DNA of 64,000 bases from Octopus vulgaris (taxonomy: Eukaryota). The notes under the pieces are model-generated. The model was not told the origin of the DNA, searched no databases, and worked only from the letters and a program-made list of their open reading frames with translations. The translations under genes were made by a program, and so were the position numbers. Below, piece by piece: positions 27,258-42,167 of the stretch; position 1 is the stretch's first letter; the number at the start of each line of letters is the position of its first letter. The DNA is taken from the NCBI GenBank assembly GCA_951406725.2, contig OX597834.1:36704001-36768000 (forward strand), given 5' to 3'.

Positions 27258-27477
27258 CACACACACAAGCACACACACACACATATATATACATGCATAC
27301 ATATACAAACACACACACACACTTATATGCATGCATTCTTTCTATTTTCTTTTGTCTTTTGTTTTCAGCCAACATTTTTGCATTTGAAAGGTGTGGGACC
27401 AATATATACAGGAACGCATGCACGCGCACGCACCCACACACACGTATACACACACTTATACATATGTATATATATAG

Positions 27478-27548
<71 letters not shown>

Positions 27549-27777
27549 CAGATAGATAGATAGATGTGCCAGTGTGTATATATGTATGCATATCTATCAC
27601 TCTGTCTATCAATATATTGGGCATGTCTTCTGCTGCAGCTCTGGACCGACAATTGCTTTTTAAGGCAATGTGGTCGAAGGAAACTGTAGTGCAACCCGTT
27701 GTGTGCACGTAAGTATACGAACGAGCCTGGGAAACTTCAAGTTACATGGAACTGAATTAAACTGTTATCAAATATTT

Positions 27778-27828
<51 letters not shown>

Positions 27829-28000
27829 TTTGTTCATATGTGTGTTTGTAGTTTTGTGTATATATTTTTAAATACGTAAATACTCATACGTATGCACTTT
27901 TATATAAGCAAATACCAACACAAGGAGGTACACATATTCATATCCATATATATACGTACATACGTATATATACATATATACACATAGATACGTGCAAATA

Positions 28001-28071
<71 letters not shown>

Positions 28072-28072
28072 A

Positions 28073-28115
<43 letters not shown>

Positions 28116-28815
28116 GCATATATACCTAGGGGTGTTGATGCAAAAAAATAAATATAATTATATAAAAACCAAAGAAAGGAACAAGACAACCGTGAACCCA
28201 GAGAATGACATATGGTAAGGCAGAATTAGAACCGGGTGTTGGGAGATAATCAGATATCGACAACAACAACAACGACACCACCATCAATTACACAAGTAAC
28301 ACGAGCGATATGTTAAACCTTCAATGAACATTCTTGGTTTGCTTTCAAAATATTTTCTGATAAAAATTTTAGCGTTTCCCTGTTTCTCTTCTGCTTTTAT
28401 TTCTCTCTATATCGTTTTTTTCTGGGATGTTTGAAATTCATCGCGAGGAATTTCTGCCGGGCTTTTCTAAAACTAAAAAATTAAACAGGCAAAACGAATA
28501 GCAACAGATGAAAGAAAAATAAATAATATTAAAATGAAGAAATGGTTATAGAAGAAAAAAGGGTAGAAAAATAAAGCAAAAAAAAAAAATCAAAAATCAA
28601 AAGACGAAGAGAGAGAGCCAAACAGATGAAACGAAAAGAAGACATTGTTTTACTGTTCTTTTAATAAATTCTTCAACGATAGCAATGGTGAAATTTTGTC
28701 AGTTTTCAGATAGAATGACATCAAAAGCTACAAAGGAAATCTGTGGTTTTGTTGTTGTTGTTGCTCCTATTATTCAGATACATACATATACATACATATT
28801 CACTCACACACACAC

Positions 28816-28897
<82 letters not shown>

Positions 28898-29030
28898 CAT
28901 TATATACGTTATATATGTTTATTCTTATATATATGTACATACATGCACATGCATACGTATACATATTTACCAATATATTTACATAGTACATGCATATATA
29001 TGTGCATATGTATCTATATATTTTTATGTA

Positions 29031-29184
<154 letters not shown>

Positions 29185-29744
29185 TATACTTGTATATGTA
29201 TGTGGATGAATGCATGAGTAATACGTATAATACATATATAGGAATATATATATATATATATATATATACGCATACAAATTGTTTGTCTTTAAGATAAGGA
29301 TGAAAGGCCCAAGATGAATAAGATATAAATAGATGGAAAGATGGATGGTTGGTTAGATAGAGAATTATAATAATAATACATAAGCAAAAATAAATATTCC
29401 AAACAAATAAATTGATGCATGGGAAAATTTACAAAACAACAATAACAACAATGGAAAAGAAAAGCTCCGACGTGAGTGATGATAATGATGCGAGCAATAA
29501 CGACGACAATGTCGACGAGGAGCATTGTAAAGATGATGAAAAATCAACCACATTACTTCCGGTTGCTCAGCCATCACAAAGAGGGCAAATATCTATAGAG
29601 GTGTGTGTGTGTGTGTGTGTGTATCCGTTGAGCAAAATGTTGACACTTGCATATTAAAACATAGAATAAATGGTGGTACTGTAGCATGAAATACGCTGTA
29701 ATTGTTAAGAGGGAAATCCCGTTGGAAATAGACGTACTCTTTTT

Positions 29745-29954
29745 CTCCTTTTACTTGTTTCAGTCATTTGACTGCGGCCATGCTGGAGCACCGCCTTTAG
29801 TCGAGCAAATCGACCCCGGGACTTATTCTTTTTGTAGAATAAGTCCCGGTGCTCCAGTACTTATTCTTATCGGTCTCTTTTGCCGAACCGCTAAGTGACG
29901 GGGACGTAAACACACCAGCATCGGTTGTCAAGCAATGCTAGGGGGACAAATACA

Positions 29955-30011
<57 letters not shown>

Positions 30012-30187
30012 ATATATACACATATACGACAGGCTTCTTTCAGTTTCCGTCTACCAAATCCACTCACAGTGCTTTAGTCGGCCCGAGGCTATAGTAGAAG
30101 ACACTTGCCCAAGATGCCACGCAGTGGCACTGAAACCGGAACCATGTGGTTCGTAAGCAACCTAAATCCACACAGCCACTCCTGCGC
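29745..30187 (-). mobile_element. Full-length family B SINE with internal (CA)n
   Basis: Tail, core and head all present. Carries a small local inverted duplication (CCGGGACTTATTCT..AGAATAAGTCCCGG) at ~29816-29849. Confidence 0.9.
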
Positions 30188-30674
30188 AAGTTTTTGCGGT
30201 GGTCCTCATGCTGAGCGATGTTCACCACAGTTCAAGGATGTAAGACCACCAGAAGGTTCCCAGGTTCAATCCTTACTAAAGGGGGTATTTCAAAAACAGC
30301 AGGAAGACACTTCGGAGCCCTGACCAAAGTGGTCCCGGCTCCATTAGCGTTCCATGAACTAAGAGGCCGAAACACTAACATCGATGGAGTTCTTCCTCTG
30401 GAGATTTCCCTGACTGTAATAGTAAGAGAGAGATCCAATTTTAAATAGATCCAGTGTGAAAGTTAAGGAAATTTCCTTAAAATGAGTTTTCTAGTTTACA
30501 ATCCACTTGTGTGCCTCCTTTACGGCAAAAAGGTTTACCGAGAATTTTCTGGACACGTTCTCTCTTGGTTTCCTCCTTGCCCATGGCTGCTTTTTCCCTG
30601 AGATATTATGGCTGGGTATACGTCACGTTAGACAGCACACCTTAAATGGTATGGCCACTGCTCGTCTTTTCACT

Positions 30675-30719
<45 letters not shown>

Positions 30720-30732
30720 ATACATGCTGTTA

Positions 30733-30921
30733 TTCTTTTACTTGTTTCAGCCATTTGACTGCGGCCATGCTGGAGCATCGCCTTAAAGGTGTTTTTATCG
30801 AACAAATCGACCCCAGGATTTATTCTTTCTATGCTTAAAACTTATTCTATCGGTCTCTTTTGCCGAGCTGCTAAGTTTATGGGGACAGAAACACACCAGT
30901 ATCGGTTAAGCGATGGTGGGG

Positions 30922-30967
<46 letters not shown>

Positions 30968-31140
30968 ATACATATACGACGGGCTTCTTTCAATTTCCGT
31001 CTACTAAATCCACCCACGAGGCTTTGGTCGGCCCAAGGCTATAGTTGAAGACACTTGCCCAAGGTGCCACGCAGTGGGACCGAACCCGGAAGCATGTGGT
31101 TGGGAAACAAGCTCCTTACCACACAGCCACACCTGCACCT
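30733..31140 (-). mobile_element. Full-length family B SINE
   Basis: Tail, internal (CA)n, core and head present. Confidence 0.88.
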
Positions 31141-31164
31141 ACTTAATATGATATAATATAATAT

Positions 31165-31244
<80 letters not shown>

Positions 31245-31642
31245 ATATTTCATGTACGTGTCTAAGATACTCTTGGATGTGTCTGTATAGATTGAGAAGG
31301 CGATCAAAAGCGAATTTCCTTAGATGCCACAATCAAAGACATACTAGGAAATCTGAATTCTCTTGATGGATATCGCGTTTTCCTTCCGACCAGGAAGGAA
31401 GTAGAAAAGCTGTCAAAGGACAAGAACTTGGATATGGAATTCAGTAAACTTCGTAACAATGACAGGAAAAACTGTTCCAACGATAATTGGCATTATTCTG
31501 ATTGTGGTAAAGAGAAATATGAGCAAAGCGTATACATAACACAAAGCTTATGCAGCATATATATATGCAATATTCACAACACACATTCTATACACTCACC
31601 TTTCGATATTATATAACAAAGTAAATTTTCAATTTCGTTTTC

Positions 31643-31721
<79 letters not shown>

Positions 31722-31769
31722 CACACACACACACATACATATATATATATAAATACACATAAGGCACGC

Positions 31770-31837
<68 letters not shown>

Positions 31838-31954
31838 CGAGCAAAACGTCCGGGGACTTATTTTTGTAAGCCAAGTAAATATTTTGTGAAAATCTTTTGC
31901 CGAATCGCTAAGTAACGGGGCCGTAAACACACCAACATCAGTTGTCTAACGATA

Positions 31955-32023
<69 letters not shown>

Positions 32024-32176
32024 GTCTATATTTATATCTATCAAAATATAAAGATATCACTGTGAGCGTGTATATATGTATATATATTTGTGTGTGTGTA
32101 TATATATATACACACATATATACACACACATATATACATACATATATGTATGTGTTTAAATATATATATGTATGTG

Positions 32177-32303
<127 letters not shown>

Positions 32304-32702
32304 ACTCACATGCACATACACATATATGTATCACTCTCTCTCTCTGTCTCTGAGAGGAAATGACTTCTATATTTCCTCCTCTCCCCTTCACCTTACCAAC
32401 CCAAGGGAAATTAGAAGTATGCCGTTGACAAGTCACGGGCCGACAGTCCCGAGAGGTGCTTGCTAAGAGAAAACAACAACATCAACAACAGCACAAAAAC
32501 AATTCTCCTTCTCAGACCATCTATAAATCCAACAAACTTAAAAGTCCACGCTACCCGTAGTCCACCCTGATCGACACTATAAACTCAGTTTTATCGTTCC
32601 ACACGCACCGTCCTCGCCGCCTTCCCAATCATATTCTATGACACAGCCTCGCGCACTCAGTAGCCAACTCCTCTTCTCTCCACTTCCACCTCCATCTCCC
32701 CC

Positions 32703-32733
<31 letters not shown>

Positions 32734-33042
32734 CTTCTTCTTCTTCTTCTTCTTCTTCTTCTTCTTCTTCTTCTTCTTCCCCCTCCCCCTCCTCCAACTA
32801 CGCTATCTTCTGAGCACTTTGTGATGATGGACAACACTTAATTGTTTTTACAGTCCGACCAAATCACAAATGCCCTCACTACAGCTGGAAGTGCGCGCGT
32901 GTGTGTGTAGATACATAAATACATATAGATACACACACACACACATATACACACGTTATATGTGTGTATGTGTCTGTGTATATTTTATATATACATACAT
33001 ATGAATACATAAATATATATATGTATATACTTTTATGTATTC

Positions 33043-33081
<39 letters not shown>

Positions 33082-33287
33082 TCATATGTAACATACATAT
33101 ATATGTGTATTATATATGGGGTCGATTCATTCGGCTAAAAATTCTTCAAGGCGGTGCCCCAGCATGGCCACAGTCTAATGACTGAAGCACGCATAAGATA
33201 AAAGATATATATATTCATATATATATATATATATATGTGTGTGTGTATGTATGTATGTATGTATGTATGTATGTATGTATATATATA

Positions 33288-33335
<48 letters not shown>

Positions 33336-33465
33336 TATGCGTATATATGTATGTAACGTATATACATGTGTGGCAAGACCATCCTCAACAAACAATTTAT
33401 TCCCTAAGCAGTCATTTCCAAATGTTTTGTCAAGTTGTTTTTTTTCGCTGTGTGCACGCTTATGG

Positions 33466-33544
<79 letters not shown>

Positions 33545-33929
33545 CTACACACACAGGCCTAATGTACGTAATACACTCACACATACATACATTCATACAT
33601 ACGATTATATATGCGTATGTTTTATTTTTTTTCTTTATACTTGTTGCAGAACTTGGTCTGCGGCCATGCTGGGGCATCGCCTTGAAGGGTCTTAGTCGAA
33701 CAAATCGCCCCCATAACATGTTTCTTTTTTACATTTTGCTTTAAGGCTGGTACTTATCGGAGGCGTAAAGAAACCAATACTGGTTATCAAACTGTAGAGT
33801 TTGTGTGATATATATAGACACAAAGCCCCCACACACACACACATACACGCACACGCGCACATACACACACACACTCACACACACACACAGCACACACATA
33901 CTCACCATTTTATACAACGGACTTTGTCT

Positions 33930-34165
33930 CAAGTATCATCTAGAGCCAAGACAGAGCTGCATCCACGCAAGTCAAATGATCTGCGTTAGGTGAGACTTGA
34001 AGGGGCTCATCCCCACTTTGAAATCCTTCAAAGCAGCCACACAGTCAATGCAGACCTTCACGTTCATCAAATGCACCAGTCCAACGAGGCCATCCTGCTA
34101 AAACGACCCAACAGGCAACAAGGCGTGCTTCTTCAACGCGACAGCGCTCAACCTGCAACGCTAAT
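33930..34165 (+). pseudogene. mariner transposase fragment
   Basis: KTELHPRK..MICV..HFEILQSSHTVNADLHVHQM..AILLKRPNRQQGVLLQRDSAQP follows the mariner pattern LHPKKVMLCVWW..ELL..TINAD..AI..KRP..VLLQHDNARPH, with frameshifts. Confidence 0.8.
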
Positions 34166-34344
34166 TTACCCGAAAATGGTATTCAAGTTAGCAGTTCGAC
34201 AAAAGAGAGCGATAGGATAAGTACTAGGCTTACAAAAAATAAGTCCTGGGGTCGATTTGTTCTACTAAAACCCTTTAAGGCAATGCTCTAGCATGGCCGT
34301 AGTCAAATGACTGAAACATGGAAAAGAGTAAAAGGGATATACTT

Positions 34345-34512
34345 TCCTTCTCTAGGCACAAAGCCCGAAATTTTGGGGGAGGATGCTTGTCGATTAGATT
34401 GGCATCAGTACGCAACTGGTATTTAATTTAGCGACCCCCGAAAGAATGAAAGGCAAAGTCGACCTCGGCGGAATTTGAACTCAGAACGTAATGACAGACG
34501 AAATACCGCTAA
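34345..34512 (-). mobile_element. Family A SINE (older tail), 5'-truncated
   Basis: GAAAGGCAAAGTCGACCTCGGCGGAATTTGAACTCAGAACGTAA on the + strand. Confidence 0.85.
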
Positions 34513-34693
34513 GAATATAGATAGGCACATGCTTGGTTATGTGCGTGTATACACGCACACACAACACATACACACACGCACACACACACAACACACACAC
34601 ACACACACACGAATATATGTGTATATGTATATATGTATATATATGTGTGTGTATATATATACATATATATAAGACCAAAGTGTACGTACGTCG

Positions 34694-34756
<63 letters not shown>

Positions 34757-34939
34757 ACCAAAGTGTACGTACGTCGTATATATATATGTATATTTATATC
34801 TATATTCTCAACCATATCGCTCCGCGTTCAGTCCCAATGCGCGGCACCTTGAGCAAGTGTCTGCTGTAACAGGTTTGGGCTGACCAAAGCCTTGTGAATA
34901 GATTTCGTAGACGAAAGCTGAAAGAAGCCCGCCGTTTAT

Positions 34940-35022
34940 GGGTAAGTGTCTTCTACTATAGCCTCGGGCCAATCAAAGCCTTCTGAGTGGATTTGGTAGG
35001 CCAAAACTGAAAGACGACCGTC

Positions 35023-35110
<88 letters not shown>

Positions 35111-35305
35111 TCCCCACCCCCACCATCGCTTGACATTCGACGTTGGTGTGATCACGTCCCCGAAATTTAGCGGTTCGGCAAAGAGAACCGATAGAATAAG
35201 TACTAGGTTTACAAAGAATATGGCCTGGGGGTCGAGTTGTTCGACTAAAGGCGGTGCTCCAGCACGGCCACAGTCAAATGACTGAAACAAGTAAAAGAAT
35301 AAAAG
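34940..35305 (+). mobile_element. Family B SINE, 5'-truncated, preceded by another degenerate 5' half (~34825-34933)
   Basis: Core, internal (TA)n(TG)n and tail. Confidence 0.85.
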
Positions 35306-35351
<46 letters not shown>

Positions 35352-35396
35352 GTCTTCTAAGAGTTATACGTTCTTGTCCATGTTGTATTTTTCTAC

Positions 35397-35438
<42 letters not shown>

Positions 35439-35444
35439 TATACA

Positions 35445-35476
<32 letters not shown>

Positions 35477-35477
35477 T

Positions 35478-35614
<137 letters not shown>

Positions 35615-36626
35615 TATGTATGTGTTTATGTGCCTATGCTGATATGTATATGTGTGTGTGTGTGTCTAAGTGTTTGTTTATATCCCCCCGTCATCGCACC
35701 CGCTTCACAACGATTCGGAAGAATAAAAACCATAAATAGCAGTACTGGAGTCGATTTCTTCTAAATTCTTCAGGACAGTGCCCCAGCATGGCCGCAGTTT
35801 AATGAATGAAACAAGTAAAAGACAAAAAAAGAAAGAAAACCAAATGCCCTCCACCGGCGGACTTTTGAACTCAGAACCGAGAAATGGACCTAATTAATTA
35901 GTTGTACGGTATTTAATTATTTGTAAGTCATATAGTCCGGCATTCTTATATTACTTCCCTTCTCCGTTCTCTTCCTGTATCCGCTTTCCACCCGAAGAAA
36001 GGGAATAAACCGAATGAACGATATCAGATACATGGATACATGGACGCATCTCCACCACACACACATACATACACACATACACATACACACATACACACAT
36101 ACACACTTACACATACACACATACACATAGACATACATGCATGAACGTAGAAACACGTTGACTAAAAAACAAATAAAATATGAAAGATTTGAAAAAAACG
36201 TAAAAAGAACAAGAAGTAAAATACGAACTCTACCCGGAAGAGAGATTTTAATCTCAACCACCCTGGTACATACGCACATACATACATACATACATACATA
36301 CATACATACATACATACATACATACATACATACATACATACATACATACATGTATGTATGTATATATGTATGTACATATACGCATACATATATACATACT
36401 TACATATATACATACATGCATATATACATACAAACACACACATGCATACATATATGCATAAATATACACAAATACATACATACATATATAAACACATACA
36501 CACATACATACAAATACACATACATCACGTATATATATATATATATATATACATATACACGTATACGAATATACACATACATACATGCATAAATTCACGT
36601 GCATAGATACACATAGGACAATACAT

Positions 36627-36668
<42 letters not shown>

Positions 36669-36744
36669 GGAGTAAACACATAAATGTGAAACAAGGTGGA
36701 AAAAAGAGTACTCAAATACCAGTGGCAGAGTAATATGCTTTATT

Positions 36745-36864
36745 AAAGCAGCAGAAAATTCAACAAAACCTGTTACTCTGAGTTTCACGTCCGACGAACA
36801 GTAGTCCGACGAACGGGAACGTGAAACTCAGAGTAACAGGTTTTGTTGAATTTTCTGCTGCTTT
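36745..36864 (+). mobile_element. Fold-back (perfect 46-bp arms) overlapping a hammerhead motif
   Basis: 36745-36790 is the reverse complement of 36819-36864. At 36804-36840: GT-CCGACGA-ACG-GGAA-CGT-GAAA-CTC-A-GAG-TA-ACAGG. Confidence 0.7.
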
Positions 36865-37136
36865 GAATAAAATATATATATAAATACAAATATATATATA
36901 TATTTATGTATATAAGCATATATCTATGTATGGGCGTGTATAAAAATTTATAGACAAGTATATACACACTTATCTGAGTATACACGCAAACATACACATA
37001 GATGCACACACACATATAGATAGATAGACACAGATATATATAGATCGATATATATATACTGTACTCTACTATAGCCTCGGGTCGACCAAAGCCATGTTAG
37101 TGGATTTGGTAGACGGGAACTGAAAAACGCTCGTTG

Positions 37137-37192
<56 letters not shown>

Positions 37193-37274
37193 CAGAATGC
37201 AAACAATTACCAATTAAAAAAAAGAAACTGTAAATGGAAACGACGCAGAATGAAAGTAAGAAAGACGGCAGCTA

Positions 37275-37350
37275 ATCTACCATTATTTTAATCAATCGGT
37301 CATTGGTCATGTGTAAGAGATATCCAAAGCAAATTCTACAGACAGGAACC
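37275..37350 (-). pseudogene. Possible RTE-type LINE RT C-terminal relic
   Basis: RICFGYLLHMTNDRLIKIMV resembles the RTE motif RLRWFGHVLRM.DDRLPK.ML. Confidence 0.4.
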
Positions 37351-37549
37351 GTCTTTGAATGGTATTTGAGTAGCTTAGCCATCAAATCACTGTGGCCTTT
37401 GAGATGATTAGCCCACCCACTTGGTATTAGGGTCTTTAAACCATTAAACGAATCAACTTTTTTAACCCCTAAATACGCACTCACTCACGACCACGTATAC
37501 AGGCGTACGGAGATGCCTACATACATACATACATACATACATACATACA

Positions 37550-37582
<33 letters not shown>

Positions 37583-38041
37583 GCATACGTACTCACTCAC
37601 AACCACATATACATGCGTACAAATACATACGTGCAGTCATACAGAGGTAAATACATACATACATACATATATATTTGTGTGTCTGTGTTTCTCCCTCCAC
37701 CATCGCTTGACAACCGATGCTGGTGTGTTTACATCCCCGTAATGTAGTGGTTCGGCAAAAGAGACCGATAGAATAAGTACTAGGCTTACAAAGGATAAGT
37801 TCTGGAGTCGATCTGTTCGGCTAAACGCGATGCTCCATCATGGCCGCAGTCAAATGACTGAAACAAATAAAAGAACGAAAGAATAAAATAATCTACGTAT
37901 AATATTTGATATATATATATATACACTTTTGATAGGACTGTTGCGGCAGTATTCGTATAACATCTCTTATGAATGTGCTGTGTTAAAAACAATATATATC
38001 AGAGGAAGAGGAAATTCGTCTCAGCAGCAGCCAGCGAAAAC

Positions 38042-38080
38042 GCCAGATGCGTTTCGGTCAATTTCTGCCTTTTCAGTGAC
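38042..38080 (-). ncRNA. Putative degenerate minimal hammerhead motif
   Basis: Minus strand GTCA-CTGAAAA-GGCAGAAATTGACC-GAAA-CGCATC-TGGC; stem I GUCA/UGGC. Confidence 0.45.
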
Positions 38081-38917
38081 ATGTAGTCGCCGCCACCCAT
38101 ATGATTGGATTAGGGTTCGTCATCTCTTATATAGGAAACAGTGAATAAAACATCTGCTGGTGTTGCGAATTGCCCTCCGTGTGAATGAAAATTCAGTATG
38201 CGCAATTGGCGCAACTTTAACGCAAAATAGGCATTTAAGTGACATACTCAAAACGTATACACCGATGAAAGGCCAGTCACTGCAGTATTCGTTCGGAGAT
38301 AACATAACTTACGAACGTACTTCGTTAAAAGCGTAGTAAAGTACAATAAATGAGGGTTCGTTTTAAGGATGGAATAAGACAGAAACTTCACATCAGAGTC
38401 TAAGGAATACCTACAAGCACGCGCTTTCTCAGTAAAAGAACACCTTGGTAAATACCGCAACTGTAAAGCAGGAACGTTTATTTTAGCTACGGACCGGAAT
38501 ATTGGTAACTTGGGAATCAAGGAGGCCATTGTTATCAAAACGATATACCAGAAATCAGTAACAGAACCGGACTGAATGGTACAAATTAGCTCTTCTAACT
38601 ACCTCACTTGGCCTATCTTTCACCAACTTATTTTTTCTTAGCTTTCTCACTTGTTTCTCATTAAACTTACTGGAAAGAATAAAATATCTAAAATCGATTG
38701 TGAAACGGTAGGACATCTCTCGTGTTTGCAGCATATGTGGGTTCGACTCCCAAGGGTATTCTTCAAGTTTCCGATCCAGAAGAATTTTTCAATCCAATAT
38801 TTGATTGTTACTCTTTATACATTTGCGTGATATACTTCGAGAACCGTTATCCCCCAAAAGAATATATATATACTCATACACACACACATTCACACAGATA
38901 TATACACAAACATATAT

Positions 38918-39026
38918 GCTTCGGAAATACATATATACTAGAATTCTAAAATTGGAATGATACAGAGATTAGCATGGCCCCAGCGCAGAGATGACACGCA
39001 GATTCGTGAGGCGTTCCATATTTTTT
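38918..39026 (+). pseudogene. U6: U6 snRNA retro-pseudogene
   Basis: GCTTCGG..ACATATATACTA(GAATTCTA)AAATTGGAATGATACAGAGATTAGCATGGCCCCAGCGCAGAGATGACACGCAGATTCGTGAGGCGTTCCATATTTTTT is colinear with metazoan U6. It has an 8-nt duplication and a 3-nt deletion after the ACAGAGA box and lacks the extreme 5' end. Confidence 0.93.
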
Positions 39027-39090
39027 ACTAGTTGTACCCCAGCATGGCCACAACCTTAGAACTGAAACGTATAAACTAATACATATATAT

Positions 39091-39144
<54 letters not shown>

Positions 39145-39148
<4 letters not shown>

Positions 39149-39395
39149 ACATTACAACTAATAGCGTATTAATTTAAGAGCGCACAGGGACACACACGCA
39201 CACACACGCGCACCTATCCACACAAGAACATCCTCCTCCCTATTATCTTCCCTAATTTTCTCTTTTCTCTCTCTCTCTCTCTCTCCCTCTCTCAGCCATA
39301 CCTTTTACTCTATTGTTGCGAACACGCATGGATATATATATATATATGTGTGTGTGTGTGTATTAAATTAATACGCTATTAGTTGCAATGTTGTA
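39145..39395. repeat. 33-bp inverted repeats enclosing ~185 bp
   Basis: TACAACATTACAACTAATAGCGTATTAATTTAA (39145-39177) vs TTAAATTAATACGCTATTAGTTGCAATGTTGTA (39363-39395), one mismatch. Confidence 0.85.
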
Positions 39396-39537
39396 TTAGC
39401 GTTGATTCATTACAGATGTTCGCTCCCAGAGTCATTAACGTTGATTAGGGACCAGATTTACAAGAGACTGTGACAAGGAATCGGGAGTTGACAAAGTGGG
39501 TCAGCTTCCTCCGGTCACCCCTCACCGCCCTCCTACA

Positions 39538-39573
<36 letters not shown>

Positions 39574-39757
39574 GCATACACTCATGTATATACTGGTCCT
39601 TAAATATTTAATAGTCTGCTGCCGGTCGTATTTAAAAGTAATAACAAAGATGACAAGAGATGTTTGTTGTTTCTACTAGTGTTGTTGCTGGTATATAAAC
39701 GTGTTGTACACACACACACATATATATACATACATATACATACATATGTATATATAT

Positions 39758-39881
<124 letters not shown>

Positions 39882-39889
39882 CACACATG

Positions 39890-39943
<54 letters not shown>

Positions 39944-40517
39944 ATATATATATGCACATATATACATGTATGAACATTTATATGCATGTGTGTGTGTCTG
40001 TATAGATCTATAAACACACACATATGTGTATGTATATATGTGTGTATATGTATGTAGGTACGTATGTATATATATGAATATGCTGTTGCTGTTGTTTTTC
40101 TTTGTTATCTGTGGTGGTGGTTGTGCTTGTTACTGGGAACTGTTTTGGGTGTGTAGAAGATGTATATACAAAGACAGTGTCTAAAGGAACATGAAAATTT
40201 TATTTTTAAACCATGTATTTTTATGAGTTTTTACGCATATATACGTGCATTATTTTTTCTACATATACACAAAAATTGCCGAACAATGTAACTTAAAACT
40301 TCGCACACACACACACTCCCGCGCATGTATACATGTGTATGTATGTATGTATGTATGTATGTATGTATGTATGTATGTATGCATGTGTGTGTGTATGTAT
40401 GTATGTATGTTTGTAAGTATGTATTTATGTATGTATGTATGTATGTATGTTTGTATGTATGTATTTATGTATTTATGTATGTATGTATGTATGTATTTAT
40501 GTATGTATGTATGTAAG

Positions 40518-40547
<30 letters not shown>

Positions 40548-40548
<1 letters not shown>

Positions 40549-40712
40549 TTCTTTCTCCGTCTTCCCTTCCTTGGATCTTTCCTTTTTCTGCGTTTCTGAC
40601 GAAGAGTTCCGCTCGAAACGTTAAATCCTCCTTCTTTCTTTCCTTTCCTGAGCGTCCAATAATACTATACTTGTTCCACGTCTTCGCGTTGTGTTTTCAC
40701 GTTTGGATTAAC
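40548..40712 (+). mobile_element. Hammerhead-motif short element with canonical CUGACGA core
   Basis: GTTT-CTGACGA-A-GAGT-TCC-GCTC-GAAA-CGTT-AAAT at 40592-40626; between two (TA)n tracts. Confidence 0.65.
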
Positions 40713-40728
40713 TATATATATATATATC

Positions 40729-40820
<92 letters not shown>

Positions 40821-41009
40821 TGTAATGTATGTATGCATGCATGTAAGTATGTATGTGTTTTATGTAGGCATGTACGTATGTATTGTATATATGTATATAT
40901 GTATACATGCATGCATTCATGTGCGTAGATGAGTTTGTGTGTGTGTGTGTGTATGCATATATGTTACACTTACATGCATACAAACATGTTTGTGTGTGTG
41001 TGTGTATGT

Positions 41010-41044
<35 letters not shown>

Positions 41045-41198
41045 AAGCGTGTGCATAAAAAGTGTTCTAAGACGTCCACATGAAGTTGGATATAACGTTT
41101 ACCGATGTACATACATACATACATACATACATACATACATACATACATACATACATGTGTGTATATATATATATATATATATAAAAATATATATACAT

Positions 41199-41246
<48 letters not shown>

Positions 41247-41264
41247 ATAAATATATATTTATAT

Positions 41265-41322
<58 letters not shown>

Positions 41323-41961
41323 GAATGCTTGCACATATATATAAATGTATGTATAAGTATATGGTTGCACACATATACGCCTATACATGTGTGTGTGTGC
41401 GTGTGTATTTCTGTATACATACAACTTTTCAAACAGTCTGCTGTGGAACCATTCTCTTTACAATGTATATTTACATTGAATTTATCTGTAGTTTCGCTCT
41501 TCTCTGATCCAACTTCGCCAGGGAGATCACAAGAACGGACAAACTGATACGCTGGAAGTAAAGCGGGAAGCTTTCAAGAAAATGCCGTGCCGTATCTCTA
41601 AGATGGTCGCAACTCAACAAAGCTACCAATTTGTGAAACTGTTCACTCCCAGTTCGCATCATCACGTCACAAGAAGCTGTCAAAATCGTTTCATTTATCA
41701 TTTTTTTAATTTTGTATAAATTTTCAGCAGGCATTGCGGAGTCGGCGCTAAATTAAGGTTAAAATTCAATCAGAATTCGAATTCTGATGAGGTTCCAAGA
41801 AATGTCGAAATGTTTAATGACGGACAGCTTTTAAATCGTCCGACTTTTCTTGACAGAATGATCATAAAAAAAAAATCCACTGAAGTGATGTGTGTGTGTG
41901 TGAGTGTGTATATGTATGTATGAATAATATAACATGATATAGATATATTTATATCTATCTA

Positions 41962-42009
<48 letters not shown>

Positions 42010-42055
42010 AATCTATATGTATATCTATATCTATCTAATTATATAATATATATAC

Positions 42056-42090
<35 letters not shown>

Positions 42091-42106
42091 CATATATATA
42101 TATGTT

Positions 42107-42166
<60 letters not shown>

Positions 42167-42167
<1 letters not shown>

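Noticed and set aside
31260-31400. Minus-strand YVFDCG..KEIRF resembling a DEAH-helicase motif
   Set aside because: Requires stops and frameshifts within a few codons; likely chance.
33400-33468. CFFSLCARLWN resembling a CR1/L2 RT C-terminal motif
   Set aside because: A single short motif with no supporting flanking homology.
38918-39026. Functional U6 gene
   Set aside because: Indels near the ACAGAGA box, a missing 5' end and microsatellite instead of a recognisable upstream promoter indicate a pseudogene.
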